A DNA stretch of 64,000 bases from an uncultured Gemmatimonadaceae bacterium (GCA_963822945.1 CAWGJO010000020.1:640001-704000), one strand, 5' to 3'; numbered from the stretch's first letter, positions 28,015 through 39,472 are shown. Translations and numbers: made by a program. Notes: generated by a model from the letters alone, not told the origin.

Positions 28015-29087
28015 TGGTTCAACCCCTCGTGCACGGTGGCCGTCGCGACCACACTGGTTCCACTCCCCGGCGCGCTGGAAATCTGCATGTCGCCCCCGGC
28101 GTGCGCGAGCAGTTCCCGCGCCCGGAACAGGCCGATGCCACTCGACATTCGGTCTGCCGTTTCCACGTCGAAGCCGAGGCCGTCATCCTCGATCTGCAGA
28201 CGTATCCCGCTGCCGTCACGCGACAGACTGATCCAGACCGAGCCCGCATGGGCGTGACGTTCCACATTGCGCACTGATTCCTCGGCGACCCGGTACAGGG
28301 CGGTCACCAGAGCCAACGGCATTGGGGAGTCGTTGCCGTCGGTCGTGACGCTGACGTCGAGATTCGTGCGCCGCGACACCCGCCGGCCCAGAGCCTCGAG
28401 CGCCGCCGCCAATCCGAATTCTCCCAGCAATCCCGGGTAGACCGACTCGGCCACACCCTGGATGTCCTCCACCATGTGCGCCGCGATATCGCGCGCCGCC
28501 GCCAGGTTGGGGGCCTGCTCCGGATTGTTGCACTCCCGGACGGCCGCCGACAGGTGCATGGTCAGCGCCGACAACTGCTGCGCCGTCGCCTCCCGGAGTT
28601 CGTCCGCAATCCCGGCCCGCTCCGCCTCGCGAACGCGCAGGCTCTGCCGCACCAAGTGCCGAATGCGCGCCCGGTCGCTCTCCACCCGGCTCAGCAGCCG
28701 ATTGAACGACTCACCCAACTCACCCATCTGGCGGTCGGCGATCGGCGACGCCGGCACCCGAGCGGAGAAGTCGCCCTCCGAGACCTGCTGCGCCACCTCC
28801 TGCAATCCGTCCAGCGGGAGCAGCGCCAGCCGCACCAGCAGCGCGTTGGCCACGAAGCTGACTCCGAGCGCCAGACAGACCAGCGCAAAGAGGCCGGGAT
28901 GCCCGAAGACGGCCGAAACCGACAGCGCCGCCAAGGCAATCAGCATATTGGCGCCCAACAACTTACCGATGAGCGGCATGCGCAGGATCCGCTGGCGCCA
29001 AGTCGGCATCGGGTTGATGTCCGTCGTGGACAAATCGGACGTTCGACTTGGCGGGATCACGGTGGGCTGGGCTTCGGTCATGGTCAT
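28011..29087 (-). CDS. HAMP / HisKA_3-type sensor protein with phospho-His replaced by Arg
   Basis: 2 TM, HAMP, IADELREATAQQL, N box ESVRNVERHA, DDGLGF, GIGL. Confidence 0.85.
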   Translation of the reverse strand: MTMTEAQPTVIPPSRTSDLSTTDINPMPTWRQRILRMPLIGKLLGANMLIALAALSVSAVFGHPGLFALVCLALGVSFVANALLVRLALLPLDGLQEVAQQVSEGDFSARVPASPIADRQMGELGESFNRLLSRVESDRARIRHLVRQSLRVREAERAGIADELREATAQQLSALTMHLSAAVRECNNPEQAPNLAAARDIAAHMVEDIQGVAESVYPGLLGEFGLAAALEALGRRVSRRTNLDVSVTTDGNDSPMPLALVTALYRVAEESVRNVERHAHAGSVWISLSRDGSGIRLQIEDDGLGFDVETADRMSSGIGLFRARELLAHAGGDMQISSAPGSGTSVVATATVHEGLNQ

Positions 29088-29292
29088 CGGGCACACTCGT
29101 GCGCATACCGAAGCGAGCGCCCCGATGGGGCGCTCACTTTCCGCGCATGTTGCTTGGAACTGCTACTCGAGGTGCCGTGGAATGGCATGGCGTGAACCGG
29201 CCAATTGTGACGTCGCCGCTGAACCTACTGGCCGGGATATCCCTACACTGTCGGGAATGAACGGGCTTGTGCTCAGGGGTTTTCAGTAACAT

Positions 29293-29311
29293 TGTCAGGG
29301 AATCCCTGACA
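29293..29311. promoter_or_regulatory. Perfect palindrome, candidate response-regulator operator
   Basis: TGTCAGGGA-A-TCCCTGACA between two divergent sensor genes. Confidence 0.55.
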
Positions 29312-29376
29312 GTCCCCCCTACCGCTGCCGGGTGATGCCTTGAATTATGATTCCCATACCCTCATTGCACTCTTCG

Positions 29377-30954
29377 ATGACCGCGTCACTTCCCGGCTCC
29401 CTACTCGCAGAAATCATCGGCATCTCCGCCGACGCGATCATTTGTATCGGGAGCGACCACCGCATCATCTTCTTCAACGAGGGTGCGGTCCGGATCTTCG
29501 GGTACACGCCCGATGAAGTGATGGGCCAGCCACTGGATATGCTGCTGCCGCCCACCCTCCGTGCCGGGCACAAGCGGCACATAGAGGCGTTCGTCGAGTC
29601 GCCGGTCACGGCCCGCCGAATGGGCGAGCGTCGGGAGATCTCCGGCGTGCGGAAGAACGGGGACGAGTTCCCAGCCGAGGCCGCCATCGCCAAACTGCGC
29701 GCCGAGGGCGACGTGTTTGCCTCGGTCGTGCTGCGCGACGTCACCGATCGCAAACACGCGGAGCGGCGCCAGCAGTTCCTGGTGGAAGTGTCGGAGCTGC
29801 TCGCGTCGTCGCTGGAACTCGGCGAGACACTCGGCATGCTGGCGCGGCTCTGGATTCCTTCGCTGGCCGACCTCGCCGTGGTCGAGATGAGGCACCGCGG
29901 CGAGATCTGCCACCGGCGAGCGATGATGCGCCCGGATGGCAGTCTGGATGAGTCGGCCGTCGCCGTGGCAGCCGGTGAGCCCTGGACTTCTGTGGAAGGG
30001 GGAGACGACTCCGCGGCTCAGCCCGTGTCGGCGCTGTCGGTGGACGCGGCCCTGGACGCCATTCCAGCCGTCTATCGTGACGACGCGGCCCAGGTCGGCG
30101 CCTGTCTGGCCTTTTCGGTATCGCTCGTTCGTGGCGGCGAGATCTTCGGTCGTATCATCGCGTTCAGCCGCCACCATGCCTCGTTCGGCGTTGATGACCT
30201 CACACTCATCAACGATCTGGCGCGACGCGCCTCGATGGCAGCGGAGAACGCCCGTCTCCACGACGAACTCCAGTGGGCGCTGCGGGACCGCGACGATACG
30301 CTGAGCGTGGTCTCACACGACCTTCGCAATCCGGTGAACGCCGTCAAGATGCTCGCCGGCGCCGTGCTCCGGCCCGGTTCCGCCGAGCAGTTGCAACCGG
30401 CCGTGATCGATCAGGTGCGCGTGATCCAGAGCGCGGCGCAGCAGATGGACACCCTGATCCAGGATCTGCTCGACATGAGCCGCGCCGAGGCGGGGCGGTT
30501 CGCCGTGGACATGCGACCCGTTCACGCGGGTACGCTGTTGCGCGATGCCCTCCGTACGCTCGGGCCCCTGGCCGAAGACAAGGGGGTCACGATCGTGACG
30601 GCATGGAAAGACACACTGCCCGACGTGCAGGTGGAACCGGAGCGGATCACGCAGGTGATCTCGAACATCGTCGGCAACGCCATCAAGTTCAGCCCCACGG
30701 GTGGCGAGATTCGCGTGTTGGCCGAGGAGCGCTCGGACGCCGTGCTCGTAACCGTCGCCGATAACGGGCCCGGCATTCCGGCCGAGCACCTCGCCCATGT
30801 GTTCGATCGCTACTGGCAACTGAGCCGCCGTAACCGCGGCGCCGGCCTGGGATTGCCGATTGCCAAAGCCATCATCGAGGCCCACCAGGGACGGATCTGG
30901 GCCGAGAGCGTCGAGGGAGAGGGCGCGAAATTTCACTTCACGCTGCCCCTCTAG
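29377..30954 (+). CDS. PAS-GAF sensor histidine kinase
   Basis: FNEGAVRIFGY PAS, VSHDLRNP, NIVGNAIKF, DNGPGI, GAGLGL; start could be 29347. Confidence 0.92.
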   Translation: MTASLPGSLLAEIIGISADAIICIGSDHRIIFFNEGAVRIFGYTPDEVMGQPLDMLLPPTLRAGHKRHIEAFVESPVTARRMGERREISGVRKNGDEFPAEAAIAKLRAEGDVFASVVLRDVTDRKHAERRQQFLVEVSELLASSLELGETLGMLARLWIPSLADLAVVEMRHRGEICHRRAMMRPDGSLDESAVAVAAGEPWTSVEGGDDSAAQPVSALSVDAALDAIPAVYRDDAAQVGACLAFSVSLVRGGEIFGRIIAFSRHHASFGVDDLTLINDLARRASMAAENARLHDELQWALRDRDDTLSVVSHDLRNPVNAVKMLAGAVLRPGSAEQLQPAVIDQVRVIQSAAQQMDTLIQDLLDMSRAEAGRFAVDMRPVHAGTLLRDALRTLGPLAEDKGVTIVTAWKDTLPDVQVEPERITQVISNIVGNAIKFSPTGGEIRVLAEERSDAVLVTVADNGPGIPAEHLAHVFDRYWQLSRRNRGAGLGLPIAKAIIEAHQGRIWAESVEGEGAKFHFTLPL

Positions 30955-31242
30955 CCGGCAATCCCTCCGGAAGCCTCGGCCCAGGCCAATGTGATGGCGG
31001 CCGGCCCCGGTGATCCGAATCGTTCATACTGCCGTTGCGAGTTACTCTGTACGAATTAGAAACAGATTGACACTAATACGGGCACGAAGCGACGATCCGG
31101 GGCCGGCGCGCCTGCCCGCGCCTCCCGGTTCGGCATGCCCTTCACAACCCGTCCACGGGTCCCGGCATAACGCGCCGCCGATTCTGCGAATACCTTCATC
31201 CCACACCTCCCCCCGACCATTTCCCTCCACCCCAACTGACCC

Positions 31243-33294
31243 ATGAATCGCTCCCCCCGCCCCACCGTTGCCGTGTTGGCGTTGGTTGCGCTGCTTGCCG
31301 CCGCCTGCGCTTCTCCCAAAGCACCGCAGACTCCGGCGCTCAGTCGGGCCAATCTCGACACCACCTGCGCGCCATGCACCGACTTCTACCAATACGCCAA
31401 CGGCGGCTGGCTCAAGCGAGACACCATCCCGTCTGCCTATCCCTCGTACGGCGCATTCTTCGCTGTGCAGGATCACAACTGGGACGTGCTGCACGAGATC
31501 CTGGATCGCGATGCCAAGGACGCGGCGGACGGCAAGCTCACGGCGGGATCGGGGCCGTGGAAGGTCGGGACGTTCTACGCCAGCTGCATGGATACCGTGG
31601 CGATCAACAAGCAGGGCCTTGCGCCGCTCCAACCGGTGCTCGACGTCATCGCCGCCATCCAGGCGCCGAGCGATATCCGCACGGGGATGGGCATGCTCGA
31701 ACACGTGGCCGGACTGGCGCCCTGGTCCAACGGCGCCGGGCAGGATGCCAAGGATGCCACTCAGGAAATCGCGGTCCTCGGCCAGGGTGGGCTCACCCTC
31801 CCGAACAAGGAGTATTACACCAAGACCGACCCCGCCTCGCAGAAGATTCGAGACGAGTTCGTCGCCCACGTGGCGCGCATGTTCCAGTTGATGGGCGACT
31901 CCGCGAACGTCGCGGCGGCGGAGGCAAAGACGGTGTTGTCGATCGAGACTCGGCTGGCCAAGGCGTCCAAGGCACCCGTGGAGCTGCGCGACCCGAACGC
32001 GAACTACCACAAGATGTCTCTGATGGAGCTGGACATGCTGACGCCGCATTTCCATTGGGGACCGTACTTCGCCGCGCAGGGGGCGATGAACGTGCCGGCG
32101 ATCGACGTCGGCCAGCCGGAGTTCTTCAAGACGATCGACGCGATGTTCGCATCGGTACCGGTGGCCGATTGGAGGACCTACCTCCGCTGGCGCGCGGTGC
32201 ACCGGGCCGCGTTCGCGCTTCCCACCGCGTTCGTCGAAGAGAACTTCAGGTTCAGCCAGGTGTTCAGTGGCGCCAAGGAGAACCTGCCGCGATGGAAGCG
32301 GTGCATCAATTCCACCGACGCCCGCCTGGGAGAGTTGCTCGGCCAGGAATACGTGAAGGAGGCCTTTCCGCCTGAAGCCAAGGCGCGTGCCGTGAAGATC
32401 GTGGACAATCTCGTTTCGGCCCTGCACGATCGCATCCAACAGCTCAGCTGGATGAGCGATACCACCAAGACGCAGGCGCTGGCCAAACTCGATGCCTACA
32501 CCAAGAAGATCGGCTACCCGGACAAGTGGCGCGACTATTCGACGCTCCAGGTGAAGGCGGGCGAGTACCTGCCGAACGTGCGGGCCGGCGATCAGTTCAA
32601 CGCCGCGTACGACTGGAACAAGATCGGCAAGCCGGTGGACCGCACCGAGTGGGGCATGACGCCGCCCACCGTCAACGCCTACTACAACCCGCTGATGAAC
32701 GAGATCGTGTTCCCGGCGGGGATTCTCCAGCCGCCGTTCTACAACCCGTCGGCCGACGACGCCGTGAACTACGGCGCCATGGGCGCGGTGATCGGGCACG
32801 AGATGACACACGGCTTCGACGATGAGGGACGCCAGTACGACAAGGACGGCAACCTCAAGGACTGGTGGACGAAGGACGACGCCACCAAGTACAACGCCGA
32901 AGCGGCCAAGGTGGTCAAGCAGTTCGACGGGTACACGGTCATCGATTCGTCGACGCACGTGAACGGGCAGCTCACGCTCGGCGAGAACATCGCGGACTTC
33001 GGGGGACTCACCGTGGCGTACGCCGCCATGGAGAAGGCGCTGGGCAACGGACCGCGCGAGAAGATCGATGGATTCACGCCCGAGCAGCGCTTCTTCCTTG
33101 CCTGGGCCCAGGTCTGGCGAGAGCTGGATCGCCCGCAGTACGCGCGGCTGCTGGTGAATGCCGACGTCCACGCGCCGGCCAAGTGGCGCGTGAACGGACC
33201 GCTGAGCAACATGCCGGAGTTCAAGGCGGCATGGGGTTGCCAGGATTCCGACCCGATGGTGCGGCCGGATAGTCTCCGACCGAAGATCTGGTAG
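31243..33294 (+). CDS. M13-family (neprilysin/PepO) metallopeptidase, lipoprotein
   Basis: Lipobox AAAC, DFYQYANGGW, VNAYY, HEMTH, GENIAD. Confidence 0.95.
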   Translation: MNRSPRPTVAVLALVALLAAACASPKAPQTPALSRANLDTTCAPCTDFYQYANGGWLKRDTIPSAYPSYGAFFAVQDHNWDVLHEILDRDAKDAADGKLTAGSGPWKVGTFYASCMDTVAINKQGLAPLQPVLDVIAAIQAPSDIRTGMGMLEHVAGLAPWSNGAGQDAKDATQEIAVLGQGGLTLPNKEYYTKTDPASQKIRDEFVAHVARMFQLMGDSANVAAAEAKTVLSIETRLAKASKAPVELRDPNANYHKMSLMELDMLTPHFHWGPYFAAQGAMNVPAIDVGQPEFFKTIDAMFASVPVADWRTYLRWRAVHRAAFALPTAFVEENFRFSQVFSGAKENLPRWKRCINSTDARLGELLGQEYVKEAFPPEAKARAVKIVDNLVSALHDRIQQLSWMSDTTKTQALAKLDAYTKKIGYPDKWRDYSTLQVKAGEYLPNVRAGDQFNAAYDWNKIGKPVDRTEWGMTPPTVNAYYNPLMNEIVFPAGILQPPFYNPSADDAVNYGAMGAVIGHEMTHGFDDEGRQYDKDGNLKDWWTKDDATKYNAEAAKVVKQFDGYTVIDSSTHVNGQLTLGENIADFGGLTVAYAAMEKALGNGPREKIDGFTPEQRFFLAWAQVWRELDRPQYARLLVNADVHAPAKWRVNGPLSNMPEFKAAWGCQDSDPMVRPDSLRPKIW

Positions 33295-33348
33295 ATCGGT
33301 AGGTCGGTAGGTCGGCGTTGCTCCGACCTACCGACCTACCGACCTACC
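33290..33348. repeat. Hairpin of tandem octamers (GGTAGGTC)x3 / (GACCTACC)x3; likely bidirectional terminator
   Basis: 26-bp stem with one mismatch between convergent genes. Confidence 0.85.
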
Positions 33349-35443
33349 GGTTCACGGTCAAACCCGGCATGCTGGCCGGAATCCCCACTGAGTCGGCCGG
33401 CGGCAGATGGTGCGTGCGCCCGAGTTCGGCGCGCGCCGCTGAGACCCGGTCGGCCCGCCGGATCCAGAGCTGCGTGGCCATGTCGTACCGCGCCAGCACG
33501 TTGTGCAGCCAGTACGGCCGGTTCTCCCGGAGCCAGGCGGCTTCGTACATGTCCCGAATCAGCGAATAGCCGTCGCGAAGATCCTGCGCCCGGCCGTTGG
33601 TGCTCGAGATGTTGATCAGATCCTGTGCGGGGGAGTTCACGCGCTGATCCGGCGGCGTGGTCGTGTCGGCCGCGTCCGCGTACATCTGCACCATCTCGTC
33701 GGCGAATTCGAACTTCATCCCGATGAAGTCGATCTTGCGCGCCCCCAGTTCCATGGCATCGATCGCATCGAGATTGCGGTGAATGTGCGGCCGTGCCTGG
33801 GCAATGAGCACGAGGGAGGACTCGGCCAGAATCCGCAGTTGGTGGACCACGGGCCGAATGTGCTCCGCGGTGATCTGGCCTTCCGGCGACCAGGGATCCA
33901 CCCAGAAGAGATTGTCGTTGGCGTCCCCCAGCCCGGCACTGTCCAGCAGCGCGTGAGCCTGCGCCAGCTTGATCTGCGCCTCGTCGATCTTGCCGGTCGT
34001 GTCGCCGTGGAACACTCTGCCGTACGCATGCTCGAATGCCGGAATGCTCGACTCGCCCGGCTGCCAGCCCGCCGCCGCGCCGAACAAGACTCCGTACCAC
34101 GTCTGGTTGAAGATCGCCTCGCCGTCGTCGTCCCAACTCGTGTTGAGCACGCCGGTGGCGCCCAGCCGCTGGCCGTCGCGGACGAAGCCCTGGATGTTGC
34201 GCAGCGCGACGTCGTTGTCGGGATACACGCGGCTCCAGTTGCTCACGCCCGGCGCCACCCAGGTTTCCATGCCGGCATCGCGAAACGGTGTGATGGCCCG
34301 ATCGAAGCTCTTCGACGGCCCGTATCCCCAGGCGACGGCGATCATGTCCTTGGGAAGTGTCTTCACCAACTCCGGGCTCCCGCTCGCGATATCGCCCCAG
34401 AACAGCAGACGCTTGTGCAGCGGCTTGAGCGTGGAGTCGATGGACTTGAGGAAGCCCAGGTACACGGGTCCGAGGCCTTCGTCGATCACGCGCTGGCGCG
34501 TTTGTCCCTTGCCCAACTCCACCGTCTCGTCGGCACCGAGATGCATGAACTTGCTGGGAAACAGGGAGTCGATTTCCCAGAACATCTGCTTGATCAGCGC
34601 CATCGAGCCCGGTTGCCCCGGCGCCAGCACGTGGCCGTGCGGCGTCTCGGCCAGGTCGGAGTACAGATCGTACTTCAGGATGTGGTGCAGATGGCCAAAG
34701 GCTTCCTGCTCGGGAATCACATCGATGTGGTATTTGGCGGCGTAGGCCACGAGTTCCTTGACCTGCGCGTGCGTCATCGCGCCGCCGGGCGGCGCGGGCA
34801 CGGGATTGGCGTCGTAGTAGAGCGTGTTCTCGAAGTACGGCGAATACACGTTCACCTTGTACGCCGCCAGCGTGCGGATCTGGTACTTCTGGAATTCCAC
34901 CGTCGGCATCGGGCCGCGCGACAGATCGTCGTGGAACCCGCGGTACCGCATCGCCGGCCAGTCGCTGACGTTCACCAGATGCAGCGTCGCCGTCGAGCCT
35001 TCCCCATCCAGTAGCTGCTTCACGGTCTGCGCGCCGTAGAAGATGCCCGCCGCACTGTGCGCCACCACGTTCAGGTGGGAATCGCCGGACACGATGGCGT
35101 ACCCTTCCGCGTCCATCGCCGGCGTCCACTGGATCTTGGCTTCAGCCAGGAGTGTTCGGGCACGCGCGGTTCCCGTGCGTACGAGCTCGATCCGCGCCGA
35201 CGCGGCGCCACCGTACATCACGCGGACGCGACGCGCTTTGAGTTCGTCGCCGAGATCGCGTGCCGCGAACCGATCCTGGGAATTCGCGGGAAGCACGATC
35301 GACACGCCGCGCCGAAGGGTGACGTCGTGCAACCGGGTGACGTGGCGCGGCTGGGGAATGAGCGCCAACGAGGGAGCGGCGGTCTGGGCGCCGGCGGACG
35401 CGACCGTGGCCGCGAGTACCAATGGAAGGATTGAGAATCGCAT
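33344..35443 (-). CDS. GH20 beta-N-acetylhexosaminidase
   Basis: Signal peptide; LIPQP, DWPAMRYRGFHDDLSRG, catalytic HLGADE. Confidence 0.9.
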   Translation of the reverse strand: MRFSILPLVLAATVASAGAQTAAPSLALIPQPRHVTRLHDVTLRRGVSIVLPANSQDRFAARDLGDELKARRVRVMYGGAASARIELVRTGTARARTLLAEAKIQWTPAMDAEGYAIVSGDSHLNVVAHSAAGIFYGAQTVKQLLDGEGSTATLHLVNVSDWPAMRYRGFHDDLSRGPMPTVEFQKYQIRTLAAYKVNVYSPYFENTLYYDANPVPAPPGGAMTHAQVKELVAYAAKYHIDVIPEQEAFGHLHHILKYDLYSDLAETPHGHVLAPGQPGSMALIKQMFWEIDSLFPSKFMHLGADETVELGKGQTRQRVIDEGLGPVYLGFLKSIDSTLKPLHKRLLFWGDIASGSPELVKTLPKDMIAVAWGYGPSKSFDRAITPFRDAGMETWVAPGVSNWSRVYPDNDVALRNIQGFVRDGQRLGATGVLNTSWDDDGEAIFNQTWYGVLFGAAAGWQPGESSIPAFEHAYGRVFHGDTTGKIDEAQIKLAQAHALLDSAGLGDANDNLFWVDPWSPEGQITAEHIRPVVHQLRILAESSLVLIAQARPHIHRNLDAIDAMELGARKIDFIGMKFEFADEMVQMYADAADTTTPPDQRVNSPAQDLINISSTNGRAQDLRDGYSLIRDMYEAAWLRENRPYWLHNVLARYDMATQLWIRRADRVSAARAELGRTHHLPPADSVGIPASMPGLTVNR

Positions 35444-35571
35444 GGCAGAACGATGCAGGAACGAGGGGCCGGTGGCAATGCGCAGTACCCACCCGTAACT
35501 GTCGCACCGACAGCGCCTTCTGCCCTCCGTATGGGGCCCCTTGCCGGCCGGCCGGCGGGTCGCCAAATTCA

Positions 35572-35587
35572 ATCCGTTAATCCGGAT
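35572..35587. promoter_or_regulatory. Candidate autoregulatory operator of the ArsR-methyltransferase (SahR-like) gene
   Basis: ATCCG-N6-CGGAT ending 6 bp before the ATG. Confidence 0.55.
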
Positions 35588-35593
35588 ATAGGG

Positions 35594-36538
35594 ATGTCAT
35601 CAACCGCCGTCTTCGACCGCCTCTCCGCCATTGCCGACCCGACGCGCTCGCGGCTCCTCGCCTTGCTTGAGGACCACGAGCTCACCGTGAGCGAGTTGTG
35701 CGCAGTGGTGCAGCTTCCGCAGTCCACGGTAAGCCGGCATCTCAAGGTGTTGAGCGACGAGGGATGGGTGATGGTGCGTGGCGCGGGCACCAGCCGGTTC
35801 TATCGGATGGCCCCCACGCGCCACGATCCCTTCCCGCACCGCCTCTGGAACGTGGTGCGCGCGCAGGTGGAGGAGAGTACGGCGATCCGTCAGGACGCGC
35901 GCCGTCTCGAGAGCGTGCTGCGCGACCGGCGCAACCGCTCCAAGAGCTACTTCACCACGGCGGCCGGCGACTGGAACCAGGTTCGCTCCGATCTCATCGG
36001 CTCGCGAACGGACCTCCTCGCGCTGCTCGACCTGCTCGACCCGTCGCTCATCGTCGGCGACCTGGGTTGCGGCACCGGCCAGGTCACCGAAGCGCTGGCG
36101 CCGTGCGTCCGGCAGGTCGTGGCCGTGGACGAATCGGGGTCCATGCTCAGCGCGGCCCGCCGGCGGTTTGCCCGCACCGAGAATGTCGATGTGCGGGCCG
36201 GCGCCTTGGAGTCGTTGCCGCTGGCCGCCGGAGAACTCGACGTCGCCGTCATGTGCCTCGTCCTCCACTTCGTGGTCGATCCGCCCCGAGCGTTCGCTGA
36301 GGTGCATCGGGTGCTCAAACCGGGCGGCCGATTGCTGATCGTCGATTTCACGCCGCACGAGCGCGAGCACTACACCGTGGAGATGGGACACGTATGGCAG
36401 GGATTCGACGAGTCGCAACTCCGCGCCTGGCTTCACGATGCCGGATTCCCGGACGTCCGCCACCGGCACCTGATCGCCGATCCCGCGGCCAAGGGTCCGA
36501 CGCTGTTCTCGGCCCTCGCCCGTCGCGGGCGAAAATAG
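35594..36538 (+). CDS. ArsR-family HTH fused to SAM-methyltransferase domain (SahR-like)
   Basis: ADPTRSRLL...ELTVSEL...QSTVSRHLKVL; DLGCGTG; directly upstream of ahcY. Confidence 0.9.
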   Translation: MSSTAVFDRLSAIADPTRSRLLALLEDHELTVSELCAVVQLPQSTVSRHLKVLSDEGWVMVRGAGTSRFYRMAPTRHDPFPHRLWNVVRAQVEESTAIRQDARRLESVLRDRRNRSKSYFTTAAGDWNQVRSDLIGSRTDLLALLDLLDPSLIVGDLGCGTGQVTEALAPCVRQVVAVDESGSMLSAARRRFARTENVDVRAGALESLPLAAGELDVAVMCLVLHFVVDPPRAFAEVHRVLKPGGRLLIVDFTPHEREHYTVEMGHVWQGFDESQLRAWLHDAGFPDVRHRHLIADPAAKGPTLFSALARRGRK

Positions 36539-36574
36539 CTACTGTCCAATTCTGACCTTTCAGAGGCCCAAATC

Positions 36575-38059
<1,485 letters not shown>

Positions 38060-38071
38060 TCGGAGGCAGTT

Positions 38072-38368
38072 ATGTCGCAGCAGGCGCACCGTTGGGTCAT
38101 CGATTCGATCGCCGATCAGGTGGTGGCGATCGAGGTGGACGGCGAACGGACGGTGCACCTGCCGCGCTGGGTGCTCCCCCGCGCGGCGGTGGAGGGTCAG
38201 GTGCTATCGGTGCAGCACGAGCTCGACGCCGCCGGCCAGCACTCGGTGTTGCGCATCGAGATCGATCGGGCCGCCACCGAGACGGCGCTCCGTGCCTCGC
38301 GGGCTCAGGTGGACGCGATCCGCAAGGCGTCGGGCCACCGGGATCCCGGCGGTAACATCTCGCTCTAG
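38072..38368 (+). CDS. DUF3006 domain protein
   Basis: VIDSI...AIE...LPRWVLP...EGQVL...ID..AT. Confidence 0.75.
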   Translation: MSQQAHRWVIDSIADQVVAIEVDGERTVHLPRWVLPRAAVEGQVLSVQHELDAAGQHSVLRIEIDRAATETALRASRAQVDAIRKASGHRDPGGNISL

Positions 38369-39357
38369 TTATCCTCGCACCCGCGCGGTGACGCCGCGCG
38401 GTCCGACGGCCCGTCGAGGTCGGTACCCCGCCGCTGCACCGCGATCCGGTAACCGCCGCCGGGACGTCCGGGGGAGTAGATGGTGATCGTCCCGTTCTGA
38501 TCGGTGCGGTACCAAGGAACGCCGGCGGCCTCGTACACCGCTTTCGCCTGGGTGTGCATGTGCCCGTAGTCGTTCGTCGCCCCCAGCGACAACACCGCGG
38601 TATCGGGGCGCAGCGCCTGGAGGTACGCGGCGCTCACCCCGTTGCAGCTGCCGTGGTGATCGCCCTTGAGAATGTTCACGTGCATCCCCGGATCGCTCGC
38701 GTAGCCCGCATCCTCGAGAAACCAGTCGGTGGCAGCGTGTTCCGCGTCGCCCGCCAGCCACATGGTGAACGACGCAGAGTCGGCGCCCACTAGCTTCACC
38801 GCCGCCGAACGATCGTTCACCGTGAGCCGCCCCGGGAAGGGACGCATCAGGTCCAGCCTGGCCCCGCCGCGCAGGGTGACCGTGCATACGGCTCGCCCGT
38901 CGCCGCAGGGATCGTCGGTGTCGCGATAGATCAGCGTTCCCTGCGCCACTCGCGACGCGATGGAGTCGCGCAGTTCGCGCAGTGAGACGGCGGTGGACGG
39001 ATCCTCGTTCTCGAAGAAGTACCGGACGGTGATGTGCCGCGACGTCCGGAAGAGTTCGCGCAGTCCGCTGTAGTGATCGTAGTGTTGATGCGACAGCACC
39101 ACCGCATCCACGGTGTCGTCATGAATCCCGAGCGAGTCGAGCAGATGCCCGAACCGCCGCTCGTCCGGGCCGCCGTCGATGAACACTCGGCTGCCGCCGT
39201 TGGTGATGTAGGTGGCGTCCCCCTGCCCGACGTCCAGCACGCGCACCACGACGCCGTTGGGATTGTGGGCCGCGAGCGTGTCGCCCAGGCTGGGGACGGC
39301 GGGGCGACACCCGGCGACCATGCCCCCCAACAGGACGAGTTCGAGCCATCGTTTCAT
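38365..39357 (-). CDS. ComEC/Rec2-like metallo-beta-lactamase-fold lipoprotein
   Basis: Lipobox VAGC; DVGQGDA, SHQHYDH, GDAE, HHGS, NDYGH, YRTDQNGTI. Confidence 0.85.
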   Translation of the reverse strand: MKRWLELVLLGGMVAGCRPAVPSLGDTLAAHNPNGVVVRVLDVGQGDATYITNGGSRVFIDGGPDERRFGHLLDSLGIHDDTVDAVVLSHQHYDHYSGLRELFRTSRHITVRYFFENEDPSTAVSLRELRDSIASRVAQGTLIYRDTDDPCGDGRAVCTVTLRGGARLDLMRPFPGRLTVNDRSAAVKLVGADSASFTMWLAGDAEHAATDWFLEDAGYASDPGMHVNILKGDHHGSCNGVSAAYLQALRPDTAVLSLGATNDYGHMHTQAKAVYEAAGVPWYRTDQNGTITIYSPGRPGGGYRIAVQRRGTDLDGPSDRAASPRGCEDN

Positions 39358-39472
39358 GGCCGGAAAGCTACATCGCCGGTCATCGGGTCCCATCCCGTTT
39401 CAGCGCGACAGGGCTCGTATTGTTGCAGATTTCCCGTCCGGTCGTTCGCCGTGAACCCTCTCCCCCCGAGAC

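Noticed and set aside
33290..33348. Possible CRISPR array
   Set aside because: 8-bp tandem units with no spacers and no cas genes
39358..39472. yybP-ykoY (Mn) riboswitch upstream of terC
   Set aside because: No GGGGAGUA-like core visible in the short intergenic region
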